Source: a virus | Strand: one strand, 5' to 3' | Virus record (IMG/VR): IMGVR_UViG_3300024581_002769 | Span: 1 to 39,041 of that record | Length of the DNA stretch: 39,041 nt | Shown: positions 14,437-23,603 of the stretch, piece by piece | Position numbering within the stretch: the first letter of the stretch is position 1 | How the letters are laid out: each line of letters opens with the position of its first letter | Made by a program: the position numbers and the translations under genes | The notes under the pieces: model-generated | What the model was told of the DNA's origin: nothing | The model's input: the letters and a program-made list of their open reading frames with translations, nothing else | Databases searched by the model: none

Positions 14437-14823
14437 TTATTTTAAATCTTTTTCTATTAGTCGTTTAGTTCTCTTACTCAATTTTTCAATAGGCAAACAC
14501 CACATGTCATCATTTGTAAATACAGTATCGAAAATACTATTTAATTCTGCTTTACTATCGTTTTTATTCTCTAATATATTAGATATTACACCATCTTTTT
14601 TTGCCTTGATCTTTTTAATATTAGTAGTGTTGTCCGTATTATTTACTACCTCTGTCGTAGGCTTGTTTATTTCTTCTTTAATGGTTTCATTACTTAACGT
14701 ATCTAAAACACTCTGAGATCCTTTATTTACTCCAATATTAAAACCTAAGAACAAGCCAATGAAAAATATAGTACATGCCAATAATGAAACTATAATTACT
14801 CTTAATAAATTTTTTACTAACAT
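14437..14823 (-). CDS. N-terminally membrane-anchored protein (128 aa), lysis-cluster associated
   Basis: TM segment LRVIIVSLLACTIFFIGLFLGFNIGV. Adjacent to the M15 peptidase. Confidence 0.55.
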   Translation of the reverse strand: MLVKNLLRVIIVSLLACTIFFIGLFLGFNIGVNKGSQSVLDTLSNETIKEEINKPTTEVVNNTDNTTNIKKIKAKKDGVISNILENKNDSKAELNSIFDTVFTNDDMWCLPIEKLSKRTKRLIEKDLK

Positions 14824-14826
14824 ATC

Positions 14827-15222
14827 TTAAAAATTAAATAAACTTGAATTATCCCACCTTGATTTTGTTCCTCTAATATCATAATGAACAAAAGAGTTGT
14901 ATAAACCTATACCGCCCTGTTTCATTTTACCTTGCTTTATTAGTTTTTCAATTACTCTAACTAATTTTTTAGGCGTGTAATCTCTAATAACTATATCTGA
15001 TGCCATCCCTCTAGTATGATATGAATGACTTACACCCCCAACACGTTTATTATGTTCTGGACTTCTATAACCACTAGTTATATGTACTGGCTTTCCTGTG
15101 TAATCCCTTAACACTTGTAAATTTCTTGAAAGTTCTTTTATGTTTTCCAAAACATAATCAGGCATTTTTGAGCCGTCCTTACTTTCAAATTCTATTTTAT
15201 TAAAATTTTCTGTTAAATTCAT
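14827..15222 (-). CDS. Peptidase M15-family peptidoglycan hydrolase (endolysin 2)
   Basis: HITSGYRSPEHNKRVGGVSHSYHTRGMASDI ... FVHYD, a zinc-ligand H/D/H pattern of M15 peptidases. Confidence 0.8.
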   Translation of the reverse strand: MNLTENFNKIEFESKDGSKMPDYVLENIKELSRNLQVLRDYTGKPVHITSGYRSPEHNKRVGGVSHSYHTRGMASDIVIRDYTPKKLVRVIEKLIKQGKMKQGGIGLYNSFVHYDIRGTKSRWDNSSLFNF

Positions 15223-15449
15223 TTCTTATGATTTTTACTAAACATTCTCTTAAAAAAACCCCCTCTTTTGTTATCAATATTTAAGTTTTCATTTTTATTA
15301 TACATAATCTGTAATTTTTCACTTAATTCTTTATTTTCATTCTTTAATTTATCTATTTCAACTCTATGACAATAATTAGTTCTTAAAATACATACAGTTA
15401 ATAAAACTAATAAAATGTAAATGTATAATTTTTTCTTAGTTATTTTCAT
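15219..15449 (-). CDS. Type-II membrane, coiled-coil protein (76 aa), spanin-like candidate
   Basis: Internal ATG (MKITKKKLYIYILLVLLTVCIL...) begins right after the amidase stop. The 106-aa track version overlaps the amidase by 89 nt. Confidence 0.5.
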   Translation of the reverse strand: MKITKKKLYIYILLVLLTVCILRTNYCHRVEIDKLKNENKELSEKLQIMYNKNENLNIDNKRGGFFKRMFSKNHKK

Positions 15450-15450
15450 G

Positions 15451-15861
15451 TTAAATATCTTTATATTCATTCGAAGCATCAAAACTAGGACATGCTTTTT
15501 TAACGCCCTCAAAATCCCTGTGTCCCAATATTTCGGCAATTGGAAACTTACGCTTTAATTCTTCCAGCAGTTCTTTAATGGCTACTTTCTGCTTCCATGT
15601 CCTGTTGTCTAAAGGCTTATTGCTATCATCTACACCGCCTATATAAGAAAGGTGTACACTATCCGAATTATGACCCTTTACGCCATTGGAAACATACGCC
15701 TCGTGTAATAGTTGCTTTACCTTTCCATCAGGTAAAATCACATAATGATACCCAGGCATTTTCCAACCCGACTTATCTTTCCAATACCTTATAATAGATT
15801 CAATACTTGTGTTTTGTGACGTTGCTGTGCAATGCACCACAATATTATTTATTTTTCTCAT
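15451..15861 (-). CDS. N-acetylmuramoyl-L-alanine amidase (Amidase_2 / PGRP, T7-lysozyme-like; endolysin 1)
   Basis: IVVHCTAT, GYHYVI..DG, GHNSDSVHLSYIGG, GHRDF...KACPSFD. Confidence 0.85.
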   Translation of the reverse strand: MRKINNIVVHCTATSQNTSIESIIRYWKDKSGWKMPGYHYVILPDGKVKQLLHEAYVSNGVKGHNSDSVHLSYIGGVDDSNKPLDNRTWKQKVAIKELLEELKRKFPIAEILGHRDFEGVKKACPSFDASNEYKDI

Positions 15862-16397
15862 ATATCTTTTGTTTTATCGTTACATAAATCACTTTCTTCT
15901 AATTTTTTAAATATTTTATCCTCTACTATATCGAATATCCTACTAAAAACTATAAATATGGCTGGTTTCTTACCGAATCTTTCTTTTATGCGTTCTCCTA
16001 TCTCTTCAAATTTATGCAATATCGCAAAAACAATAGGTGTAAATAACACAATTAAAGCATAATAACTATTAAAATGACTTATTATCATTAAAGTAGGTAT
16101 AAACAAATATAATAAAGAACAAAAAGATTCAACTAAAAACAAATAAAATCTGTTACTTACTTTTTTATTATTTTTTATATTAACTGATCTAAACAATAAA
16201 AATTCAGAAAAACTAAATACTATAAAGATAGTTAAACAAGTAAATAAAAAAGAAAACGAATTTAAGATAGTTTCGTCATTATAAAAATTATCTATAAACT
16301 TTTTTAATATAACACTTATTCCAGCTGAAACCAACACACTTATAAAAACTAATGGTTTTTTTACAGTTAAAATTTTTGTTATTATACTTAAAATCAT
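15858..16397 (-). CDS. Multi-pass membrane protein (179 aa), holin candidate
   Basis: Four or more hydrophobic segments. Directly upstream of the amidase, with a 4-nt overlap. Confidence 0.5.
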   Translation of the reverse strand: MILSIITKILTVKKPLVFISVLVSAGISVILKKFIDNFYNDETILNSFSFLFTCLTIFIVFSFSEFLLFRSVNIKNNKKVSNRFYLFLVESFCSLLYLFIPTLMIISHFNSYYALIVLFTPIVFAILHKFEEIGERIKERFGKKPAIFIVFSRIFDIVEDKIFKKLEESDLCNDKTKDI

Positions 16398-16798
16398 GTT
16401 TTTAATAATTTAATCAATTTATAACAAAACCAATAACCAAATATTATAATAAAAGAAAACGTATAAATACATTTATCAACCACTAATTTTTCATCAAAAA
16501 AAGTGTTTATATTAAAATAATAATCTCTATGTAAATGTCCTAAAAAATTTACAGTAAGTGATATTAAATAAACATACCAAGATACCTTAATTATATTACA
16601 TAGTCGTCTTGTATTTATTGTTAAAATATATATTATAATTAATAAATACTCGAAATACCCATAAATAAAAAATATACTACTACTTATTTTATTACCAGTT
16701 ATAATGGTATATAAAACAGTCATAAAACTATCTACCAATAATAACAAAAAAGGTAAAGTAGAATAGCATATTTTATATTTACGAATAAAATTTTTCAT
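16394..16798 (-). CDS. Multi-pass membrane protein (134 aa), holin/antiholin candidate
   Basis: Four hydrophobic segments; 4-nt overlap with the next gene. Confidence 0.5.
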   Translation of the reverse strand: MKNFIRKYKICYSTLPFLLLLVDSFMTVLYTIITGNKISSSIFFIYGYFEYLLIIIYILTINTRRLCNIIKVSWYVYLISLTVNFLGHLHRDYYFNINTFFDEKLVVDKCIYTFSFIIIFGYWFCYKLIKLLKT

Positions 16799-16805
16799 TT
16801 AATGA

Positions 16806-17603
16806 TTAATGGTTTCCTCCACCACCTTGTTTTATTGAAAAATTACTAACTCCTAAAGAAGTTAACCAATCATTTAATTCTTGTGATGTTACTAATTCAA
16901 ACTGATTCAAATCTAATAATTGTTCGTATTCATGTTGAAATTTTTGAAATATCATATCACCAAACGTAGTACTAGGTAACTCAGGAGTTAAATTAACGTT
17001 ATAAGGTAAAATAATATCTCTTATGTTTAGATCTATATAAGTTGTTTTATCTTCATAAGGAATTAAAGGAACTAAAAATATTGACAAATAATCCCATTTA
17101 TTAGTAATTATATGTGAATCATTAATAACACCTTGATCTATTGCTAATGAATATCTTTGTGGCATCACTAATTCATTTTTAGATGATAATCTTTTAATAA
17201 CTTCAATATTAACTTCTTCATCTAATTTTTTTTTATCAGCTAAATGTACATACCCATGTAATTCATTAATTTCATTAGTTAATGTTTCAAATTCATCATC
17301 TTTTATTTCATATAATCCAGTTACTTGATTAAGTTCTATTGTTGGTAAAGTAATAGATATATTTACGTTAAACAATAAATCTTGACCATTATCTCTTATT
17401 ATTTGAACTTTTTGTAAATTAAAATTACTTTCTTTTATTGAGTTATCATTTAATGATAAACTCATTAGTGAATGTTTTAATGAAATAATTTTAGAATTTT
17501 TTTCTAAATTGTTATAATCATCGATTAAATTAGGATATAAAAAAGCATTTTTATAAACTACTCCTCCTATCTCTGTATATTCGTTTTTTGATTTAAAATA
17601 CAT
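16806..17603 (-). CDS. Tail-fibre-module protein, 265 aa (function unknown)
   Basis: Position at the end of the tail module. C-terminus GGGGNH. Confidence 0.5.
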   Translation of the reverse strand: MYFKSKNEYTEIGGVVYKNAFLYPNLIDDYNNLEKNSKIISLKHSLMSLSLNDNSIKESNFNLQKVQIIRDNGQDLLFNVNISITLPTIELNQVTGLYEIKDDEFETLTNEINELHGYVHLADKKKLDEEVNIEVIKRLSSKNELVMPQRYSLAIDQGVINDSHIITNKWDYLSIFLVPLIPYEDKTTYIDLNIRDIILPYNVNLTPELPSTTFGDMIFQKFQHEYEQLLDLNQFELVTSQELNDWLTSLGVSNFSIKQGGGGNH

Positions 17604-18887
17604 TTATCTTATGTTTTTTATTAAACTTGTTCTTTTTATACTTTTTATTGTAACTATACCATTACCATCGCTTGACGATGTAACGACCCTTAGTTGATAA
17701 CCATTACCTATTGAGTTACTATCAGCCACTGTATTAATCAAAGCTTCTACACCTTGTTTAGACGTTGATCCACTAGGTTTTGTGTGTGGAAATACTGCTT
17801 TGAATCCATTTAATGGATTAAACAACTCTAAGTCTATGCTTAAATTATTATTAGTGCCGAAATTAGAATAATCATAAATAATTCTCCATATATGTTCTTG
17901 TCCTTCTATTGGGTTTTCTAATAATTGCCCATTTGATTGATCTACAAAATCACTATCAATTGGTGATGTTATGTTCTGTGGAAATTGTGTCGTAGGCGAA
18001 GGACTAAAATCTATTAAACCTGTTAAATCAAAAACTCTTTCTGTGTTTTCAACGAAACCCTGTAATGTAGGTTCTGAACCTCCAAAACTATTTGCTTTTA
18101 CTTGACCTTCATTATTTATTTTCTCTATTATTTCTCCATCCGTGTTTACTCCTAAATTATTTACAGATGTTTCAATAAATGTAGATAATCCATAATTATC
18201 TATTTTAAACTTACCTGATCCTAAAACACTACCAAGTTTATTTGTACCATTCCAAAAACCTATTATTTCGTTTGTATTTGGCAAAGGATTACCACTTAAT
18301 GTAGCACCTATTAAAGATAATTGTTGTACTCCATCGTTATTCCCATAACCCCAAATAGTACATCCTAAATCTAATCCAAAACCACTGAAAGGAGCGCCAT
18401 ATTTATATAGTTCTACTTGTCCATGAGGATTAGATGCTCCAGCTTCTCCAACATCTAATTTCAAAAGTCTTGACGCTGGTTGATTAGCGTTTGTTACAGA
18501 TGTTATATAAGCATTATGTCTAATGTTTTCACTATAACTATCAGCTGGAGTAATTCCATCTGTTTTTCTTAAAACACCATAAACTACATTTCCAGTTTGA
18601 CCATTCCAAGAGTCAACTGCACCTCCACCGCTACCTCCCGATGGTGTCCTAAAACCCGCTAATGCAAGTTGATCTATTGCTATTCTAGGGTCTGTACTCA
18701 AAGGAGAACCTCCCAATGTGCAATTTTCTAAAGGTGTGTTCTTCCACGAACTACCATCGCTTAAAACTATACTTAATATATTGTTCTTTATGACAGCAGT
18801 AGACTCCGTTGAAGCAATAGGATTTAATCCGTCGCTTTCAGCATATCCTGCTCCGTTTGTTGTTATTACAAAATTTGTTATAGCCAT
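17604..18887 (-). CDS. Tail fibre / receptor-binding candidate, 427 aa
   Basis: Gly/Ser/Asn-rich sequence. Position downstream of the baseplate genes. Confidence 0.55.
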   Translation of the reverse strand: MAITNFVITTNGAGYAESDGLNPIASTESTAVIKNNILSIVLSDGSSWKNTPLENCTLGGSPLSTDPRIAIDQLALAGFRTPSGGSGGGAVDSWNGQTGNVVYGVLRKTDGITPADSYSENIRHNAYITSVTNANQPASRLLKLDVGEAGASNPHGQVELYKYGAPFSGFGLDLGCTIWGYGNNDGVQQLSLIGATLSGNPLPNTNEIIGFWNGTNKLGSVLGSGKFKIDNYGLSTFIETSVNNLGVNTDGEIIEKINNEGQVKANSFGGSEPTLQGFVENTERVFDLTGLIDFSPSPTTQFPQNITSPIDSDFVDQSNGQLLENPIEGQEHIWRIIYDYSNFGTNNNLSIDLELFNPLNGFKAVFPHTKPSGSTSKQGVEALINTVADSNSIGNGYQLRVVTSSSDGNGIVTIKSIKRTSLIKNIR

Positions 18888-18899
18888 TTATTTATTATT

Positions 18900-19409
18900 T
18901 TAAAATCCGTTAAATTGCTTCAATTGTATCAACATTGTTAAATCTTGAGTTGTTCCACTACCTTCCTCTATAGTAAATGATAAACTAGTTGAAATTTTAG
19001 TTCTTATTATAGGAGGGTAAGTATCCATATTAGAAGCAACAACGTTATTTAAATAATTGTAATTCATAATGTAATTTTGTGTTCCTATTGTTGGAAAATT
19101 TATTGTAACTAAAATAGAACCTCCTCCTAAGTCTGTTTTGCTTGCAGATGTAAACCCTCCAGTAACCGTTAAAGATCCTGTGCCACCTATATTTCCTATA
19201 TTTACAGTGCCTTCTATTAAAATTTTATTTGAAGGCTGGTTTTTAATATACCTCGCATCATTTGGGTCTGTAATATCAAAGTCACTTTGTAAGTTATTAA
19301 TTATCTCAGTTCTTAAATCTGCATCCTCTATATTGTCTATTCTATTCGAAGTGCTTTTATTCCTTATCGTGCTATCTACTAAATCTATTAAATCACTAAT
19401 TAAACTCAT
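18900..19409 (-). CDS. Tail structural protein, 169 aa
   Basis: Position. Gly/Thr-rich beta-type sequence. Confidence 0.5.
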   Translation of the reverse strand: MSLISDLIDLVDSTIRNKSTSNRIDNIEDADLRTEIINNLQSDFDITDPNDARYIKNQPSNKILIEGTVNIGNIGGTGSLTVTGGFTSASKTDLGGGSILVTINFPTIGTQNYIMNYNYLNNVVASNMDTYPPIIRTKISTSLSFTIEEGSGTTQDLTMLIQLKQFNGF

Positions 19410-19421
19410 ATATTTTTATTT

Positions 19422-21044
19422 TTATGAATAAACATCGCTATAATTGTCATTGTATATTCTTGGTTGATTTACTTTAAAATTCCAGTCATTTAATCCGTTT
19501 GCTCCATAAATTCCAAATGTGGTTTCTAAAACAAAATTATCATCTACTTCTATTCTGTATTCACCTACACTATAAATCTCACTAGCTTTAACATATAAAA
19601 TATTATCACTTACACCAATAACATCTAAGTATGTCAATGTTTCTAATAAAACGTTATCCTGGTATATTCTTATTTCTAAGCTTGGATCATTATTAAGTTG
19701 AATATCTATGTTGTAAAAAATAGTCAAAGGAAAATCATTATCTACTCCATTAGTAAATATACTTTCATCAGGCGGTTGTAATGTTGTAATAACAGGGCGT
19801 AAATCATCAAATATTGCTTCATCATCAATAAATACATTGCTACCATCATCATTTTTATGAAGTAAATATGTCATAGTTCCATTAATACTATCGTCCGATC
19901 TATCCATATCGCCCTCAGGAGTAAGTTTAATTAAATCTAAATAAAAACCTCCTTGAATATCAGAACCTTGTATATTACCGCTTAAACTTTCAATACTATC
20001 TAAAAATCTTGCGTGACCATCTACTAAAAATTCATATTTAATCGTTTCGTCATCACGACTTTCAATTGCTATCGGTGTATTTCTACTTCCTAAATATTGT
20101 ATTTCTCTTTCAGGATTTATATCTGTTAGCCCTAAATCTTTAGTAGGAACAGTTGTTCTTATCCAATTATATAATGGCTGATAACTCCATTTTATACCTT
20201 TACGATCAAAATAATTACGTGTATGCACAACACTCAAAGGTTCGTCAACGAATTTCACACAATCACTAATTTTACATAAATCAAATGTTTTTTCTATTAT
20301 AGAAAATTCATATAACCATATAAGAGAACCTGAAGACCTAACTGTAATTGCTACTTTTTCATAATTTTTTGTAGGTGTAAATTGAAAAGTTGTTGCAAAA
20401 TCATTAGGGGCTGTAACCGTTCCCGAATTAGATATATCCTCCTCTACTCCTCCACTAAAGAAATCTAAAGTAACCCTGTTTATATTCGTGAAAACCTCAA
20501 AAGAATAACTTATTTCATATGTCTTTCCTGCCTCTAAATTAACAAGTTGTGATGCTCTAGATTGCGTAGCCGTTTCTATATATCCAGTAAAAGAATTAAA
20601 AGCCCCGTATTCAATATTCCAATTATCTATTCCGTTTTCAAATGATGGATTTTTGATTAATTGAATATCATTTTCGCATCTTATTTCTAACCTACCTACT
20701 TTACTTATTCTTTCTAATAAAAAAGTAATATAATATATATTTTCAGCATCTGAATTTATAACACTTGGTATTTCGTAATCTTCATTTTCATTAGTAAAAT
20801 AAAGTCTATTAACTCCGTTGAAATCAATATTTTTATCAATATCATAATTTGTAACAACTAACCTATGTATTCCATCATAAAAACAAGTAGGATCATCATT
20901 TTTTATTTGCAATTTATAAGGGTTTTCAGGATGCCCAAAATATTGATTGTTTTGTGAATTAAAACGATCTTTAAAATGGCTTAAATCATTAACCCACCTT
21001 ATTAATGATAAATCTCTGAATTTATATTTAGATTTAAGACTCAT
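19422..21044 (-). CDS. Baseplate/tail protein with carbohydrate-binding-module-like segment, 540 aa
   Basis: IKNPSFENGIDNWNIEYGAF resembles the first strand of CBM4_9 / galactose-binding-like domains. Position after the Tal-like ORF. Confidence 0.5.
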   Translation of the reverse strand: MSLKSKYKFRDLSLIRWVNDLSHFKDRFNSQNNQYFGHPENPYKLQIKNDDPTCFYDGIHRLVVTNYDIDKNIDFNGVNRLYFTNENEDYEIPSVINSDAENIYYITFLLERISKVGRLEIRCENDIQLIKNPSFENGIDNWNIEYGAFNSFTGYIETATQSRASQLVNLEAGKTYEISYSFEVFTNINRVTLDFFSGGVEEDISNSGTVTAPNDFATTFQFTPTKNYEKVAITVRSSGSLIWLYEFSIIEKTFDLCKISDCVKFVDEPLSVVHTRNYFDRKGIKWSYQPLYNWIRTTVPTKDLGLTDINPEREIQYLGSRNTPIAIESRDDETIKYEFLVDGHARFLDSIESLSGNIQGSDIQGGFYLDLIKLTPEGDMDRSDDSINGTMTYLLHKNDDGSNVFIDDEAIFDDLRPVITTLQPPDESIFTNGVDNDFPLTIFYNIDIQLNNDPSLEIRIYQDNVLLETLTYLDVIGVSDNILYVKASEIYSVGEYRIEVDDNFVLETTFGIYGANGLNDWNFKVNQPRIYNDNYSDVYS

Positions 21045-23451
21045 ATTTTATTAATCCTTTTATAGTTAATGTATTTTCACTTCTTTTATGATTAAATGCT
21101 TCATCACCAAAAGGGAATATGTTTTTTCCTCCATAAGGCGTTGGTACTTTTAAATATCCAAAGCTTGTACTGTCATCGTTATTAAATCCATATCGCCAAT
21201 TGTTGAATATTTCAAAAAATTCAAAGAAATCTACATTATGCATTTTAATTTCTATATAATCACCATTGAACAAAGGAAACAAACCGGAATTTTGTAAATC
21301 TAATTGAGTGAAATTTTGATCTAATGTTATTTCGTTAGGATATTCATTTGGGAAAACCGAAGTATTAACTTTTACAGTTACATCTCCGTTATTCTTGTAA
21401 TCATTTACTATTATTTCAGTATTTAAATCCTTCTTTGTTAATCCAGACCCCCATAATGGATACCATCTAAAACATTGGTATTTTGGATTATGTATAACGT
21501 TCGAACTAGTATTTGAATCACTTACCCCAGTTAATATATCGAATCCCTCGTTAGTTCTATTCTTAATTATATTATTTCTAGTTATTTGTATTGTGTTATC
21601 AGAAACTCCTGTTTGTATCGACGGCTGTGGACCTAAATTAATAGAATTAAATGTTAATGAATTTATAGTGTATACTCCTGTATTTAACCCAGTTAATATA
21701 TTTATACTATCTCCTACTTTAAAATTATCTGTAAAAGATTTTTCATATTGATTTATAATTAGTTCTCCTGATTCATTAACATGTTCTGTATTTGGGAATA
21801 AAGCATTATCTGTATAAGTGTTTAAAAAAACAGTATTTAATAATACAATATCATCATCCTTATCATTGGTGCTATTTGAATTATCATTTATACCTTCATT
21901 TATAAGATATTCATCAGTAGAAGTTTCGCTTTCAATATCTAGTTTTTTCTTTAATGATTTTATAGGAGTTGTTAATTCTGCTTTTGTATTAAAATTAAAT
22001 AAATCTTCATTTTCCTCACTTGAAAACTTCTTGTATCCAGTTAGTAAATTATTGAAATGAATATCATTATATTGTTTTAGTACAAACTCATCCCTCGTGT
22101 AATCCCTATTAGTCAAATCAAAAATTTCAATATCTTTAAAAAAGAAATTTATATCTTCAATTTTTAAAGTTTCTGATCTCAAATCGTATCCTAATGCCAT
22201 TATTTTACTTAATCCTTTTTCAAATAATGATTCAAAATTAGTCTTTAAAGTTTGATTTGATATGTTAGGTCTCAAACCTATAAATGAGTTAATATAGTTT
22301 TCATAATAACGACCGTTTAACGATAAAATATTACTATCTAATAATGTTTTACCATCCGTATATTGTTCACATAATTTGCTTATAGAATTGAATAATAATA
22401 CTGATTTATTTTTCATCGCAAAATCAGGATTATTTAATAATAATTCATATTGAAAGTTACCTGAAACACTAAAGTTTGAATTGTTAGGTATAGCATTATC
22501 GTCCAATAAGCAAAATATTTGTAAAGAATCCCCTTGATTTAAGTTAGGTATAGAATAACTTTTATTTGTTATATCTATAACAGTTTGTTTAAATGTTCCT
22601 AAATCCTCTATTGTAGAAGATTCTAACTCAACCGGAACTCCTAATACTCCATTTATAAGGTATACTAATTTAAAATCATTAGTTAGTAAAGGATTATTTA
22701 CATCTTGCCTATATGATATATTTAAGTTTAGTATTTTTAAACTTAATCCTAAATAATTAGCAGAAGCTCTAAACAAAGGATTATTAAGGTTATCGTAAGC
22801 ATTATCAAACTCTACATTAAATGGAGTTGCTCTTGGTCTAAATCTATCTGATGGAGATACAAAAGTAGCATTTACAACATCTCTTACTGCGTTCCATTCA
22901 TTTTTTAAAGAATCATCTATTTTTTTGAAATAAATATCATCAGTTGATACTGGTGTAATAGAATTATTATCTAAATTAGTATCTGAAAATAAATCTACTG
23001 TAATATCTTTTCGAGTGTTAAATTTATTTTGCTCTTCTCTTTTCTTTATTTTAAACCTTGCGTAGTTATTTTCTATTCCGGATTTAAACTCAACATCATT
23101 TAAATTAAATTGATAATCATCTTCAAGTAATGAAGTTTCTAGTCCATCCTTACCTTTTACAAACCATCTAAATATAATTTGAGAATCACCGCCTAAATCA
23201 TCATAAGTATTTTTTAATAAATAAAATGTATTTGGATCATGATTTTCATATATAGATAATTCAGTTTCCTCTCCAAGTATAAAATTATCAACTCCGTAAA
23301 ATTCATCATTTCTATCTACAATAGTATCTACTTCATCAAATTCACTTGGTTTTTTTATATTGTAAACACCAACAAATGAACCCTCTAAAACTTCAATTTC
23401 AAAGCGTTCACTTGTATTGTCTTCATATGTTAAATTTACAATATTAATTAC
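21034..23451 (-). CDS. Distal-tail / tail-associated (Dit-Tal-like) protein. Open frame of 805 codons with no ATG/GTG/TTG before 22776
   Basis: Hand translation shows the frame stays open from the TGA at 23452-23454 down to the track ORF (TTG start at 22776). The upstream 225 codons read as protein (..NLTYEDNTSERFEIEVLEG..). First gene after TMP and the lipoprotein. Confidence 0.6.
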   Translation of the reverse strand, partial: VINIVNLTYEDNTSERFEIEVLEGSFVGVYNIKKPSEFDEVDTIVDRNDEFYGVDNFILGEETELSIYENHDPNTFYLLKNTYDDLGGDSQIIFRWFVKGKDGLETSLLEDDYQFNLNDVEFKSGIENNYARFKIKKREEQNKFNTRKDITVDLFSDTNLDNNSITPVSTDDIYFKKIDDSLKNEWNAVRDVVNATFVSPSDRFRPRATPFNVEFDNAYDNLNNPLFRASANYLGLSLKILNLNISYRQDVNNPLLTNDFKLVYLINGVLGVPVELESSTIEDLGTFKQTVIDITNKSYSIPNLNQGDSLQIFCLLDDNAIPNNSNFSVSGNFQYELLLNNPDFAMKNKSVLLFNSISKLCEQYTDGKTLLDSNILSLNGRYYENYINSFIGLRPNISNQTLKTNFESLFEKGLSKIMALGYDLRSETLKIEDINFFFKDIEIFDLTNRDYTRDEFVLKQYNDIHFNNLLTGYKKFSSEENEDLFNFNTKAELTTPIKSLKKKLDIESETSTDEYLINEGINDNSNSTNDKDDDIVLLNTVFLNTYTDNALFPNTEHVNESGELIINQYEKSFTDNFKVGDSINILTGLNTGVYTINSLTFNSINLGPQPSIQTGVSDNTIQITRNNIIKNRTNEGFDILTGVSDSNTSSNVIHNPKYQCFRWYPLWGSGLTKKDLNTEIIVNDYKNNGDVTVKVNTSVFPNEYPNEITLDQNFTQLDLQNSGLFPLFNGDYIEIKMHNVDFFEFFEIFNNWRYGFNNDDSTSFGYLKVPTPYGGKNIFPFGDEAFNHKRSENTLTIKGLIKYES

Positions 23452-23603
23452 TCATAATGTACGCTTTTTGCGTTATAATCTTGGCAGTCATAAATATCTA
23501 TTACACCATCTGCATTGTAATCATAGTCACATATAACATCATCATCACTACTATCACATGATGCAAACAAAACTAAACTTAATACTAAAAATATTCTTTT
23601 CAT
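23448..23603 (-). CDS. Small lipoprotein (51 aa) with dockerin/EF-hand-like Ca-binding loop, below the ORF-track threshold
   Basis: Hand translation MKRIFLVLSLVLFASCDSSDDDVICDYDYNADGVIDIYDCQDYNAKSVHYE*. Lipobox LFAS-C, loop DYNADGVIDIYD. Confidence 0.6.
   Translation of the reverse strand: MKRIFLVLSLVLFASCDSSDDDVICDYDYNADGVIDIYDCQDYNAKSVHYE

Noticed and set aside
15219-15539. 106-aa version of the small membrane protein overlapping the amidase by 89 nt.
   Set aside because: The internal ATG at 15449 starts immediately after the amidase stop and gives a clean N-terminal basic-then-TM topology. The upstream extension is most likely an ORF-caller artefact.
23448-23460. Classical -1 programmed frameshift fusing the lipoprotein ORF to the Dit/Tal-like frame.
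   Set aside because: The -1 frame carries a TGA at 23452-23454, so a shift could occur only on the very last codon (GAG). There is no X-XXY-YYZ slippery heptamer, and fusing a lipoprotein signal peptide to a tail protein makes little biological sense.
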